Origin: a virus
Strand: one strand, 5' to 3'
Virus record (IMG/VR): IMGVR_UViG_3300005613_000024
Coordinates: 27,834-91,833 of that record
DNA: 64,000 nucleotides
Position 1 is the first letter of the stretch. Each line of letters opens with the position of its first letter. A model generated the notes under the pieces. The model did not search any database, was not told the origin of the DNA, and was given only the letters and a program-made list of their open reading frames with translations. The position numbers and the translations under genes are program-made. Shown here one piece after another: positions 47,201 through 56,830 of this stretch.

Positions 47201-47327
47201 TAGTAAAATCAGAACCTAATGATTTAGCGATTCTCTGATTAGCTTTTTCTAATTGTCCAAGTTTAGTAAATAAATCAGACATCTCTCCGACGTATTCTAT
47301 AATTTTTCTACTTTTAGTATCTGCCAT
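44232..47327 (-). CDS. tape measure protein
   Basis: 1031 aa, helical; TP901-like core (KFDKALQKLKR...FATVGFGIEE...ATKLS...AGRLLRT); follows the tail chaperones. Confidence 0.9.
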   Translation of the reverse strand: MADTKSRKIIEYVGEMSDLFTKLGQLEKANQRIAKSLGSDFTKNLKQVSDGYGKLGKASIKKLPNEMKDLIGTTSQTSQIIKDTNGDFLKLTKTVSIFGKANKKGIIEPFERTTISVNNASESISKFSKNQSFLIGKSSQLGTNLNNVADINAKFADKLTGVGNVTKIVSRNLPEFSGNLTKLGSIVQTSNGRFLQLRETINKTPSGVQKVSRSVRDVTKDFVKTDKQTLSLGQNLARLAKRAALTIPVWLLLRGAVTGVISTFRNGLKDIAKFDKALQKLKRNISATSTNIDADFKNAKDAILNFSLESGVAVEEVTSAIQKFATVGFGIEESLAGGIAATKLSVTLFGDAEETANAFARSLRVLTEDMDSTEEKSKAIAEAIALTDKLWKTNAFEVKEFSGNLEKFAGTAKIANLSINDTLALLATLSTGGLASRAGRLLRTTLLKSLSQIDEINRSLNLGFDPKKQSTIEFLSLLVDNLDKLKTVQGVPEELTKTVKEFFAIRGTEPIAALVALRKTLKENLALTPNVKEFNDEFKNQSEQINRLVERYKNLNKEIGKAFVVGLTGGEDYVDLLKKIVNAQENIQKSAEKMGSAIKNALIATGVASALAFRTQLLGLVSLIGTKLIPLLTSLPFLTGAAIFTTLNLKDVYNRLEKEAKELNKKFDDIGEDVGKRINKGLRRQLNARELFEVISDLEITGKDIFTDDATIKRTLASLKEIYQEQLKIEKSAQNTQTELKNQAIADRERKKIGEILLNIDLDKLKAAGALTSEILKYESAARKTLGIEEDKYTILQRQLETEQAIGDEKKLQSRLGNVSLQLFDIAKEQGVEVARKIGDVLAGNVDFSTFVRKGGKELDVFEEKFADIFKQQQAEAFFKGDIVPGDTGLRGGTRISIEEESLRKRQTFSKAELSLAQRRLAIEEKINKLREENLITAQRALAENRIAGRGNFTTELIKRNPLDPGIMTSVPTTKVPVSTFQFSGGGINISINAKNAEELDKKIDNEFEKMKNKTKEEIKNSLIGKQGSTL

Positions 47328-47328
47328 T

Positions 47329-47721
47329 TTATGATTCTCTCCTCAAATCAACATTTATAAAACTTTCCTTACCAGGATGTTTAAAATTCTTTTTTCTATT
47401 TGCTTTTATTTTTGCTTCTTCCTCTTCTTGTCTATGTTTTTTCCACAAAAATTCATGTTTCTTATTTCTATAAATCAAATAACAATCTGTTCGAAAATTA
47501 CTCTCTAAAACTTTTTCTGTCAAATGCTTATCTTCGTATGTACTCAATTCTTCGTATAGCATACTATAAATCTGAATCCAATATAAAAATTTTATTTGAA
47601 TACCACTAAAATTAGAAGTATTTTCAAATAAAGATATATTATTTTTTTTGGAGGCAGAGTATAAGCTCTGCCAATAATTTGAACGAGCAAGTGTTCTAAG
47701 ATGAGTATCTAAATCAGCCAT
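47329..47721 (-). CDS. tail assembly chaperone-like protein
   Basis: Directly upstream of the tape measure gene. Confidence 0.5.
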   Translation of the reverse strand: MADLDTHLRTLARSNYWQSLYSASKKNNISLFENTSNFSGIQIKFLYWIQIYSMLYEELSTYEDKHLTEKVLESNFRTDCYLIYRNKKHEFLWKKHRQEEEEAKIKANRKKNFKHPGKESFINVDLRRES

Positions 47722-48340
47722 TTTGAATCAACTCCGCAAAATGAGCTTCTGCAACATAAGGAAGTACAGAATCATCTTTTTGAAAATCTTCAAAATTCTT
47801 CCAGGTCTTTTCCCATTTTTCTTTCTTTTCGTCTACTGCTCTTTCAGTACAAAAGGATGTAAGTAATTTATACCAACCATCTTCAGCTTGATATTCTATA
47901 GCAGGAGAAAGTCTAGTAGCTTTCTCATTTACTAACTTTTTAATTTTATCTTCAATCTCTTTTGCTTGAATTTCTAATTTTTCTATATTTTTTTCTTGAC
48001 TATCTCGTTTCTTGGCAACAGATAGAGCTATTTGTATAAATTCTTTTTTTAAATCTTCAATATTTTTTTCTATTAATTCTATATCAATATCATTTTCTTT
48101 TAAAACTTTAATTAATTCTTTTTTAAGAAGATAACCTTCTTTTTTCCCTTTTTGCAGTAATTGAACTTGAATTTTATTTCTATATTGAGTAGCTTCAGCA
48201 TATTCTCTTTGATTAGGCATTCTTATTCTATACCATTTATCTTTATAAGAAAAATAAAACTTATTATCTTTTACTAATTCTGGATTTTTAGAATTTTGCT
48301 TTAATTCTTCTAAAATATCATCTATTTTTTGTTCTTCCAT
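47714..48340 (-). CDS. tail assembly chaperone-like protein
   Basis: Between tail tube and tape measure; YRIRMPN..EY..A motif and coiled coil. Confidence 0.55.
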   Translation of the reverse strand: MEEQKIDDILEELKQNSKNPELVKDNKFYFSYKDKWYRIRMPNQREYAEATQYRNKIQVQLLQKGKKEGYLLKKELIKVLKENDIDIELIEKNIEDLKKEFIQIALSVAKKRDSQEKNIEKLEIQAKEIEDKIKKLVNEKATRLSPAIEYQAEDGWYKLLTSFCTERAVDEKKEKWEKTWKNFEDFQKDDSVLPYVAEAHFAELIQNG

Positions 48341-48378
48341 ATTTACCTTACCTTTTTAAAATAGAAAAATCCTATCCC

Positions 48379-48630
48379 TTATTCAGAAATAGGTCTTTCA
48401 AGTTTAATATTAATTTTTGTACCATTACTAAAAGAAGAAATTTGTTCACGAACAGTTCTCATCGTGTTATAAACATTTTTACCCAAAATTTCTTTAATTA
48501 ACTTGCACATAACATCTTTTTCAATATCTTCTTGAAAAATTTTCTCAATCATTTCACAAGTTGGACCATATAAACAATCAAATCTTCTTTTTAAAATCTT
48601 GCTCAATACCTTTTCATCAATATTATACAT
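48379..48630 (-). CDS. hypothetical protein
   Basis: Start MYNIDEK after AAGGTGAGG; the longer ORF-track start lies upstream of a terminator-like hairpin. Confidence 0.6.
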   Translation of the reverse strand: MYNIDEKVLSKILKRRFDCLYGPTCEMIEKIFQEDIEKDVMCKLIKEILGKNVYNTMRTVREQISSFSNGTKINIKLERPISE

Positions 48631-48661
48631 TTTAAACCTCACCTTTTTTAAATTAAACCGA

Positions 48662-48686
48662 GGGAGCAGAATTTTTATCTGCTCCC
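48662..48686 (-). terminator. hairpin after the tail tube gene (putative intrinsic terminator or stabiliser)
   Basis: Perfect 9-bp stem GGGAGCAGA/TCTGCTCCC with 7-nt loop; U-tract imperfect. Confidence 0.6.
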
Positions 48687-48728
48687 ATATATTAAACAAT
48701 AGAATTAACTATTGACTAAACTTCAAAT

Positions 48729-49970
48729 TTAAACAGCTAAATCACCTTCTGTGGTCGAGATAGTAAGATTATCGGAATTTAAAGTAATCGTAGAATCTCC
48801 AAACTCGTTTGCACTAAAGTTTGCAGGAGCATCGTCGGAAAGCTCTAAACCTGTTATTTTATAACCAATTAAAAATGTAGATTTAGCAACTTCTTCATAT
48901 ACTTTAACAACTACTGCGACTTCATCCATAAGAGTATAATCTAGAAGTCCATGCGACTGTCCTGCCTGTAACATTAAAGCTTCTTGTATAGGATAATTTT
49001 TCACAAATCCTCCCAAAGAAACGCTAACATCATAATCTTCAACATCATTAAAAAGATTTTCACTTGTTCCTATAGCACCTTCTCCAATACGATTTAAAGT
49101 TGCATCTATAGAGAGAGAAGTTAATTTATCAAGCTCTACTGCCGTATGAGTTCCGTCATCTATAGTAACTGTGGCATAATCTGCTGGTAAATAATAATCG
49201 TCTACATCATTTAATGCTTGCGGGTCTCCAGCACTTCCGTAAGAAGCGGCTGTATACCATACTCTATAATTATCTGCGGCTAAACCTGAAATAATTGTTA
49301 TTTCTTTTGTACTATTATTATAAGTATAATCAGTTGTCAAATCTAATTCTGTCGCAACACCACTTCTAATACGATAAACTTTAAGAATATATACACCTGC
49401 ATTATTGGGGTCTACAACTGGTGCAGGGTCACTTACGTCTATAACATAATTTCCAGAAACTCCAGATGCGACTGTATCAGAAACAAAAATAACATATTTA
49501 TTTCCTTCTCTAGCAATTTTGCAATAATTTCCACTTAATTCAAAACTTCTTTCAATTCTTTCGTCAGAATTAATACCTATACTTAATGAATCCAAAGATA
49601 ATCTTTCTACCCATAAAGTTTGTTCAAGAGTTCCACCATATTCTGTTTTTCCAGGTGAAATAAAATCCGTTCTTGCAACATCAAAGTCTTCTATATCTAA
49701 ACCACCCGAAGGTAAAGCAGATAAGCCTGCTAACTGTAAGAAAGAATCCATTGTACCGTATTCATATTGAGTAATAGAAACAGATGCCTCTAATTTATCT
49801 TTATCTGTAGCCATTTTTGCAAGCCTGCCAAGTTCATATAATTTTTCTTGAGGTTGATTAATAGATACAGAAAAATTTTGAACTCTATCCCAATTATCTC
49901 TATCTATTGCGGCTCTTTCTGAAACAGAAATAGGTTTAAACGCACTCGAATGTCTAATTGTTACTGCCAT
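48729..49970 (-). CDS. major tail tube protein with inserted Ig/beta domain
   Basis: DRVQNFSVS...YELG pattern, position after the neck genes, followed by a hairpin. Confidence 0.75.
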   Translation of the reverse strand: MAVTIRHSSAFKPISVSERAAIDRDNWDRVQNFSVSINQPQEKLYELGRLAKMATDKDKLEASVSITQYEYGTMDSFLQLAGLSALPSGGLDIEDFDVARTDFISPGKTEYGGTLEQTLWVERLSLDSLSIGINSDERIERSFELSGNYCKIAREGNKYVIFVSDTVASGVSGNYVIDVSDPAPVVDPNNAGVYILKVYRIRSGVATELDLTTDYTYNNSTKEITIISGLAADNYRVWYTAASYGSAGDPQALNDVDDYYLPADYATVTIDDGTHTAVELDKLTSLSIDATLNRIGEGAIGTSENLFNDVEDYDVSVSLGGFVKNYPIQEALMLQAGQSHGLLDYTLMDEVAVVVKVYEEVAKSTFLIGYKITGLELSDDAPANFSANEFGDSTITLNSDNLTISTTEGDLAV

Positions 49971-49973
49971 GAT

Positions 49974-50684
49974 TTAATTCTCCTTTATATTGTTTAAAAT
50001 TTTATTTTTTACTATATATTTACAATATGCATACCAATAATCAATATCTAAATTTAACTTCAAATGACACACCTTACATAAAGTTATCAAATTATTAAAA
50101 TTATCATTAGATTTATCAAAATCTATATGATGTACTTCTAACCCTTTATTAAATGCTTCTTTATGATTCTCTTGAGAAAGGTCACATATTTGACATTTAT
50201 AATTATCCCTTTCCACAATCTTTTTTCTTATTCTTTTAAAATAAGAAGTATATAAACTTTTTCCTCCGTTTTTCCAATTCCAATGATTTTCTCCTATTAC
50301 AACTCCATATGCTTTTCTTGTTGATATATTAAATTTTTTTAAATGATAGCAAATTATTGAATGACTTGTGTTATGTTCTTTTGCCAAATCTGCAACTTTT
50401 CTAGCTTTATTAATATATTCTTCTTTCAAATAATCTTTTGTAAGAATTTTGAAGAATTTAGTATTTCTTAATTTTCCTTTTATTGATTCTGAAGATTTTC
50501 GAATAGAAATATCAAATTTTCTTAACCAATTCAAAATAGCATAATGAGAACAGTTGAATCTTTTCGCAATTTGCCTAGTAGATTCTTGACAATCAATATA
50601 ATAAAAAATTAATTTCTTTTTATTTAATTCTTTTGCTAGTCTTTTGTTTGTTTGATAATTAAATTTTGAAATCTTCGTATTCAT
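49974..50684 (-). CDS. HNH homing endonuclease with tandem HTH repeats
   Basis: IAKRFNCS / LAKEHNTS HTHs; GENHWNWKNG; RDNYKCQIC...VHHID...NLITLCKVCH. Confidence 0.9.
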   Translation of the reverse strand: MNTKISKFNYQTNKRLAKELNKKKLIFYYIDCQESTRQIAKRFNCSHYAILNWLRKFDISIRKSSESIKGKLRNTKFFKILTKDYLKEEYINKARKVADLAKEHNTSHSIICYHLKKFNISTRKAYGVVIGENHWNWKNGGKSLYTSYFKRIRKKIVERDNYKCQICDLSQENHKEAFNKGLEVHHIDFDKSNDNFNNLITLCKVCHLKLNLDIDYWYAYCKYIVKNKILNNIKEN

Positions 50685-50692
50685 AAATCTCT

Positions 50693-50917
50693 TTATTTTT
50701 CAAGTTTTCCTTCAATTTTTGAAACTCTATTATTTAATTTATTAACTGCTCTTTTTATACATTTTGTTTCTCTTATACTAGTTTCAATATCATCTTTTAA
50801 ATGTTTTAAGTGATTAGTAAAGAGCTTCCATCCACCAAACAAAATAACACCAAATTGAACAACGTTTAATCCTAAAACACCAAAATCTTTTAATAATTCG
50901 TAAGCTACTTTTAACAT
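50693..50917 (-). CDS. small membrane + coiled-coil protein (holin/XhlA-like candidate)
   Basis: One TM segment followed by a coiled coil ending RVSKIEG. Confidence 0.45.
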   Translation of the reverse strand: MLKVAYELLKDFGVLGLNVVQFGVILFGGWKLFTNHLKHLKDDIETSIRETKCIKRAVNKLNNRVSKIEGKLEK

Positions 50918-50928
50918 TTATATTCTCC

Positions 50929-51417
50929 TTAACTTCCGCCTATCCAGACATTAATAGAAATTCTATGTCTGTGTGCATCCCATATATCAACATTTTGTCC
51001 TAAAGCTACTTTTGTATTCTCTACAATATCTACACCAACCCATCCTCCTGCTACTTTTGTAGGAGATTCTGGGTTACTGACATTATATGAATAACTATAA
51101 TATCTCCAACCACTTTTTATAGTTTCTTTTAACCAACGAGCAATATCTTTTTGTTCTCTATCATTAGTAGCATAAATTTCGATGATTATTAAAAATCTAT
51201 CATCTGTGTTAGTAGAACCAATTTCAAATTTAGGGCTTGTTTCTGATTCCTGATATTCTGAAATACAAGGTAAAGTCCAATCATTTGATTCTTTTCTACC
51301 AATACGAACTGGAACATTTGTCCCGTCTTTATCTGTAACAGAATCAGTATTTATTTCTGTATCTAAAAAATCTTTTAGACTGTTCTCTAAATTTGTATAT
51401 TCTTGATAATTTAACAT
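50929..51417 (-). CDS. tail terminator/neck protein
   Basis: Position before the tail tube; LPCIS...IEIYA pattern. Confidence 0.6.
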   Translation of the reverse strand: MLNYQEYTNLENSLKDFLDTEINTDSVTDKDGTNVPVRIGRKESNDWTLPCISEYQESETSPKFEIGSTNTDDRFLIIIEIYATNDREQKDIARWLKETIKSGWRYYSYSYNVSNPESPTKVAGGWVGVDIVENTKVALGQNVDIWDAHRHRISINVWIGGS

Positions 51418-51419
51418 AA

Positions 51420-51884
51420 TTACTTTCTATTCAAAATTGTTTTTTCTATCACGGTCATTTTAGTGATAGTTTCAGCTATATAATTTAATGGACTTATGGG
51501 TGTCTGTGGTTGTATTCCAAAATAACCATCATCACTTTCAACCCATCTTCCATCTCGCCAAAAGCCTCTTGGTAAATAATGTTGCCAATTAGCTCCAATC
51601 CCTTCGCTTCCCTTATCTATATGATTCCAATAAGGTGTTTCTTTATCTAATCTGGCAATGTCGCCAACACCCCATCCATTAGGAATGGGTTCTGCTAACA
51701 TTTTGGATGCTAATGTTCCTGTCGGCATTCGAGATTTGCTCATAATAGTATCTTGAATAATTTTCTCGCATTCTTTGGCTAGACGTTCAGTATCTAATTG
51801 CGTCATGATTTTAATACGTCTTATTTCTTTACGAGTAAAATCACCACCAACTTTATCTCTAATATGGACAATTAATCTTGCCAT
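51420..51884 (-). CDS. HK97 gp10-like neck/tail-completion protein
   Basis: PTGTLAS...PYWNHIDKG...NYI pattern. Confidence 0.6.
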   Translation of the reverse strand: MARLIVHIRDKVGGDFTRKEIRRIKIMTQLDTERLAKECEKIIQDTIMSKSRMPTGTLASKMLAEPIPNGWGVGDIARLDKETPYWNHIDKGSEGIGANWQHYLPRGFWRDGRWVESDDGYFGIQPQTPISPLNYIAETITKMTVIEKTILNRK

Positions 51885-52289
51885 TTAATTTCCTCGTCGA
51901 AAAAGAATAATTCTTGAAAAATCAAAAGGACTTTTAAAAATCTGAATTCTATCACCTAAAGCTTTTATAAAAGGAGTGTATTCTTTATCATTATATTTAA
52001 CTTTTTGACAAATTCTAAATAAATTTTCATCAGAAGTCTTTATAACTATTTCTATTGCTCCAGACTGAATTAAACCAATTTCTCTAGCAACTAAACTATT
52101 TCCTCTTATTTGACGTACATAAGCCTTTACTGGTTCAGGAGATTGATTAGTTGTTGTATAACCAGTATTTCTGTAAGGGTCGTAGGCGCTAGATTTTATA
52201 TTACTAGCTTTTAAATAAACCCAAATAGTTTCAGTGTTATCTGAAAAAACAGTGTCTTTTAATTTTTTATGTATATTACGTCTATTCAT
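51885..52289 (-). CDS. head-closure protein candidate
   Basis: YDPY motif and neck-gene position. Confidence 0.55.
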   Translation of the reverse strand: MNRRNIHKKLKDTVFSDNTETIWVYLKASNIKSSAYDPYRNTGYTTTNQSPEPVKAYVRQIRGNSLVAREIGLIQSGAIEIVIKTSDENLFRICQKVKYNDKEYTPFIKALGDRIQIFKSPFDFSRIILFRRGN

Positions 52290-52344
52290 TATTTACCTTT
52301 GTAGCGATAAAATAAAACGAGTGCAAATAAAAAAGCCATTATAT

Positions 52345-54753
52345 TTATGATGTTGGAGAAGTCCATGTTAAATCTTCGTCTTCAAAGTAAAATTTTTCTT
52401 TAAATATTGTTCTTACTTGACCACTAGAATTTTCAATTTCTATTTCAATAGTTATATCATTTCCAAAACTATCAGTTAAATCTTTAGCACAAGTAATAAT
52501 AAATTCACCAGTAGAAGCGTTAAATATTTCTATTTGTGAATCTGAACCGCCACTGTTTGACGTTGCAAGTTGAATTGTGCTTCCGTCTTTATCATAAATT
52601 TGACATCGAATTTTATAGCTAGTTAAATTGGTATCTATTTTTCCGTCTAATGTAAAAGTGTCTCCTAAAATAAATTTTGAGGGAGCATCTATGTTGCAAA
52701 TTAATTCGTCTATTCTTGTTTCTCTGCTCATCGTAAAATCTATCTCTGTTGTAGAAATTGAGATTGTATTTAATTGTGTTAAAGAATCAAAATGTGTTTT
52801 GCTTACTGTTGAAGACCATACTCCTATATCATATGTAAAAGAAAATGGACTATTTTGAGTTGAAGATTCAAAGCTATCACCAGCATCAAATGTTACACCT
52901 GGCAAATGATTTCCTGAACTATCTTTAATATTAACTGTTACTGTGACCTGATTAACATTAACATTCATACTATCTTCAGTATAAGCGTCATAATCATCTG
53001 TTACTTTCAAATATAAAGTTTTACTACCAGAATGTGTTGGTGTATAACTAAATGCTTGAACAGCTTCTAAAAGAGTAGAATAAACTCCTTGAGAAATCTC
53101 TGTGTAAGTTCCACCATCTTCTTTCCATTCAACTTTATCTATATTTGTTTCTGCGTCTGAAAATGTTGTGTCTGAAAATGGTGTCATGGCAACATTGTAA
53201 ATAGCGTTTTTATTTGTTCCAGCATATAAGATTGGATTTGTATTAATAGCATATCCAACTTCATTTAAATCTAATTCTACTTGTTGTAACCCATTTGAAA
53301 TAAAAATGGCTTTAACATAAATTTTATCATCATCTGCTGGAAAATCACTGATATTATTATGAATTGTCGCAACAGAATTATAATCTGAATCTTCTGCTGT
53401 CACCCAAGCAGAACCATTCCAATATTTCCAAGTTACTCCATCTTCTGATAATTGATAAACAACAGACCCCTCATTATTTGCACCCAAAGTTTCCTCAAAA
53501 GAAATCCATTCCTCAATATTAGCAATTCCATCACCGTTTGTTTTATAAATAGCTGGTTTGGTTGCAAGATAACCAGTGTCCATATACCATTTTGATTCTA
53601 AATTTGAAACGTCACTTTGTGTATTAGAATCAGGAAAATGTATTTTTATTTGTCCGTATTTTTTATCAGTAACATATTGTGCTAATTCATCCCCATGTGT
53701 GTTAAATGTGTCTTGGTCACTTGCTTGTGCATAAGAACCATCGGAAGCCACCCAATCTGAACCATTCCAATATAAATAATCGCCACTTCTTCCAAATTGA
53801 ACTGTATATCTAGGCGAACCATTTTCAATAGTTGTAGATTCGTCATAAGAAGGGAAGCTACCAGATAAAGTATGTTGTTCCATTTCTGGAAGAATAACTG
53901 ATGTGTCTACATAATCATATTCTTTTATATTTGACCAATCTGGTGTATAATTTGATGTATGTTGAACTGTATCAAAAATTAAAATATCATTAAATTTAAC
54001 ATCTACACCATCAGAAAATATGGGTCTTCTACCAAATAAAATACTAGTAGATGTACCACGATTGCCTGTGGCTGTAATTGTTGACCCTGATTGAACTCCA
54101 TCAATAAATAAACGTGTTGCTCCAGAAATTAAATCAATATTAAGTTCAAATTCATATTCTTGACCTAAAACTGCGTTCCAAGTTCCTATTGTTTGATTAA
54201 CAATAAATCCACCAACATTACTTCTAATGACAAGAACTAAATTTCCCCCATTATTATGTCTAATAAATATCTCATTGGTTACTGCTGGACTTGTACCAAA
54301 AATATAAGAATTAACTGCTGGAGTTCCATTATAATTTGGAATTATTTTAAATCGAATACAACATTGATTGGTAAAATCTGCATTTCCTATACAATCATAA
54401 CTTATACCATCACTCGCAGAGGAAGTACAGTTTAATTGTCCACCAGAAACACTTGCACTTCCTAATAAAGTTCCTGTTAAATCTCCATCTCCCCAATCAC
54501 CATCTTTATCCTTATTAAATGAAGCATAAAAAATAGCGTCTGTTGGTCTTTGGTTTATTTGTTGAACTTTTCCACCAACAAATTCAGCTAAATCTGAATC
54601 ATAAGTAAAATCTGTATCATCTGCAAAATCTTCATTAAAAGTTACTAATTGATTCTGTAATTTTAATTTAGCCACATTATTTTCGACAGTTATTTTTGTG
54701 TCGTCATAAGTATAGTCTGCTGGTGTAGTATAAGGTATAATAAAATTTGCCAT
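52345..54753 (-). CDS. large acidic virion protein with LamG-like, Ig/PKD-like and BppU-like domains
   Basis: RLFIDG...FNDILIFD (LamG-like); YWNGSxW repeated twice; C-terminal GDTF-type domain. Confidence 0.65.
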   Translation of the reverse strand: MANFIIPYTTPADYTYDDTKITVENNVAKLKLQNQLVTFNEDFADDTDFTYDSDLAEFVGGKVQQINQRPTDAIFYASFNKDKDGDWGDGDLTGTLLGSASVSGGQLNCTSSASDGISYDCIGNADFTNQCCIRFKIIPNYNGTPAVNSYIFGTSPAVTNEIFIRHNNGGNLVLVIRSNVGGFIVNQTIGTWNAVLGQEYEFELNIDLISGATRLFIDGVQSGSTITATGNRGTSTSILFGRRPIFSDGVDVKFNDILIFDTVQHTSNYTPDWSNIKEYDYVDTSVILPEMEQHTLSGSFPSYDESTTIENGSPRYTVQFGRSGDYLYWNGSDWVASDGSYAQASDQDTFNTHGDELAQYVTDKKYGQIKIHFPDSNTQSDVSNLESKWYMDTGYLATKPAIYKTNGDGIANIEEWISFEETLGANNEGSVVYQLSEDGVTWKYWNGSAWVTAEDSDYNSVATIHNNISDFPADDDKIYVKAIFISNGLQQVELDLNEVGYAINTNPILYAGTNKNAIYNVAMTPFSDTTFSDAETNIDKVEWKEDGGTYTEISQGVYSTLLEAVQAFSYTPTHSGSKTLYLKVTDDYDAYTEDSMNVNVNQVTVTVNIKDSSGNHLPGVTFDAGDSFESSTQNSPFSFTYDIGVWSSTVSKTHFDSLTQLNTISISTTEIDFTMSRETRIDELICNIDAPSKFILGDTFTLDGKIDTNLTSYKIRCQIYDKDGSTIQLATSNSGGSDSQIEIFNASTGEFIITCAKDLTDSFGNDITIEIEIENSSGQVRTIFKEKFYFEDEDLTWTSPTS

Positions 54754-54754
54754 T

Positions 54755-55351
54755 TTAATCCTCTATCTCTAAAAAGTCTAAAGATATAAATCCTCTTGCA
54801 AAAGAATTAAAAGCATCTCTTATTAATTCACTCTTACCTTTATTTTCTGTTGCAGTGATTTGAAAATCTCTTGTTCTAATATCAATATTCTGAGGGTCAA
54901 TATCTATAGAAGTTATTAACGCTATTAAATCACCTTCACTTCTTGTCGGATTTACGCCATTGAGAGTAACTATCTCGTTAGAATCGTTCACATAAAAAGT
55001 TTTTTTGTATCTAAATTGAGTAAATCTAACTAAGTTTGACTTTATATAACTCGTTATCTCAGAATCAGAATATTTCTCATAAAAACTATAAGTAATTATT
55101 ACATCATCTTCAGCAGTAAGAGAAGAAGTGATTGTTACTTTATTTGTATCAGAATTATAAGTCCAATTAGAACTTGTTATATCTGTTCCGTTCACATAAA
55201 CAATTATAGTAGAAGCACTAACTCTCGATGAGCTTAGTTTAAAAGAAGCATCTGAATCGTATGTAAACCCATCCCTGCCAGACGAATTCAATAAATCTTT
55301 AATTAACCCTCTTATCAGTGTAATTATATCGCTTGTAACTACGCTTGCCAT
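54755..55351 (-). CDS. head-tail adaptor candidate with Ig-like insertion
   Basis: IITLIRGLIKD...YSDSEI; VYVNG...VIITY insertion. Confidence 0.6.
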   Translation of the reverse strand: MASVVTSDIITLIRGLIKDLLNSSGRDGFTYDSDASFKLSSSRVSASTIIVYVNGTDITSSNWTYNSDTNKVTITSSLTAEDDVIITYSFYEKYSDSEITSYIKSNLVRFTQFRYKKTFYVNDSNEIVTLNGVNPTRSEGDLIALITSIDIDPQNIDIRTRDFQITATENKGKSELIRDAFNSFARGFISLDFLEIED

Positions 55352-55733
55352 ATTTTTTGCCTTTTTCTACTGGATTATAGTGTAATAAAAATATTGACTC
55401 TGTTTTATTTATAATTCTAAAATGATTCTCTTTTAAAAGAAATCCAAGCTTATTTTTTTTCTCAATCTCTGCGTACATTTCTTTTCTATAATGCCAAAAT
55501 AAAATCTTTAAAAGATTATCTGCAATTTTCTTAGAATTAGTAATTATATGCAAATATTTATCATTGTCTTTCTTTTCAAGATACAACAAACCTTGAATTA
55601 TATCTTTTTCTACTGAAATAAACGCCAGTTGTTTTTGTTTTACAAACTCATTAAATAAATAAAAATTCAAATTATTTTTTTGAGAAAAATCAAAAAAATT
55701 TAATTTATCCTTTTTTTTAATAACTCTTAGCAT
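55299..55733 (-). CDS. hypothetical protein, possibly degenerate GNAT fold
   Basis: Likely start MLRVIKK downstream of the capsid terminator; the 5' extension overlaps the MCP gene and is rejected. Confidence 0.5.
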   Translation of the reverse strand: MLRVIKKKDKLNFFDFSQKNNLNFYLFNEFVKQKQLAFISVEKDIIQGLLYLEKKDNDKYLHIITNSKKIADNLLKILFWHYRKEMYAEIEKKNKLGFLLKENHFRIINKTESIFLLHYNPVEKGKKYGKRSYKRYNYTDKRVN

Positions 55734-55787
55734 ATATTTCCTTTTGTTATTGGGAGTAGAGAGAAAATTAATTCTCTCCACTCGTAT

Positions 55788-55810
55788 AAAAACTTCACAT
55801 AAATGTGAAG
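55788..55810 (-). terminator. intrinsic terminator after the major capsid gene
   Basis: On the - strand CTTCACAT-TT-ATGTGAAG followed by TTTTT; a second hairpin lies at 55754-55783. Confidence 0.7.
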
Positions 55811-55822
55811 AAAACTTTCGTA

Positions 55823-56794
55823 TTAAGCATATACGGATGCTTTTTTGTAGACCGCTACACAGTAAGGATTGGTAACAACAGTACCATACTGCTCCATTGC
55901 TGTAATAGCATACGCCCACTTAGGAGTCGCACCTATATTAATTCTAGGGCCAGCCGCAACAATTACTCTCTCTTTTTCAGGACTTCCAACACCATCAAGA
56001 CTATTTACTTTTCGTCTTACGAAATGAATAGGTCTATTACCTTCTGCGTCGCTTGTGGCAACCAAAAGAGCTTTATCAGTAGCAAACACCGTTTGAGATG
56101 TACTATGAGTATAAGAATAATTCTCAATCTTAACCCATTTAGCTATACCAGCTTTTGCAAGAGAAACTTCACGATTCTTGTCCTCTTCATAGTCCATCAA
56201 AATTACATCAGTTGTAACATCAGCGCCAGTGATAAGAACAAGTTTATTACCATATTTGGCAACGCTTCGAACCATATCAACAACTTTCTCAAAATCAATT
56301 ACGCTGTCGCCAGAATCATTAGCAAATGTATTTGATCGACCTTCAGCCGCCGCAATAAGCAAATCAAGAACGTCTTTGATTTCTTTGCGGTCTAAAGATT
56401 CCATAGCAGTCTTAGATTTAATAGCGATAGGGTCATACTTAGCTTCAAGTAATTTCTCAACGTATACATAATATTCGTCAGAGCTATAGCTATTAAAAGT
56501 CAAATCATTTTCAGAACCAGGTGTCACGTTAGTTTGATTTACAGAACCATTACTGATAGTGTAAACAACTTTCGTTTCAGGAGACTGAGTAAAATACTCA
56601 TAGTCTTCGCCCTTATTAACTCTACCTATCTGAGCTACTTCAGCAATAACTTCAGGAATAGGAAGTTCTGCGTCATAAGGCATATTAGCTAATTTAGCTA
56701 ATTCAAAGGCATTACCCGTAGGGCCCTGTACTGCAATTTCTTGTAATTTGGCTTTCAGTTCTTCCTGAGCCAGCATCAATTTTTTATTATCCAT
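55823..56794 (-). CDS. major capsid protein (HK97-fold candidate)
   Basis: 323 aa; strong AGGAGG RBS; follows protease/scaffold and is followed by a terminator; C-terminal YGTVVTNPYCVAVY. Confidence 0.75.
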   Translation of the reverse strand: MDNKKLMLAQEELKAKLQEIAVQGPTGNAFELAKLANMPYDAELPIPEVIAEVAQIGRVNKGEDYEYFTQSPETKVVYTISNGSVNQTNVTPGSENDLTFNSYSSDEYYVYVEKLLEAKYDPIAIKSKTAMESLDRKEIKDVLDLLIAAAEGRSNTFANDSGDSVIDFEKVVDMVRSVAKYGNKLVLITGADVTTDVILMDYEEDKNREVSLAKAGIAKWVKIENYSYTHSTSQTVFATDKALLVATSDAEGNRPIHFVRRKVNSLDGVGSPEKERVIVAAGPRINIGATPKWAYAITAMEQYGTVVTNPYCVAVYKKASVYA

Positions 56795-56830
56795 GTTTAA
56801 TTTCCTCCTATTGGATTAGTGAAAAATTAA

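Noticed and set aside
47700-47740. Programmed -1 frameshift between the two tail-chaperone ORFs (lambda G/GT style)
   Set aside because: The downstream ORF is in the +1 frame, has its own GGAG RBS and ATG, and no XXXYYYZ slippery heptamer is evident at the junction
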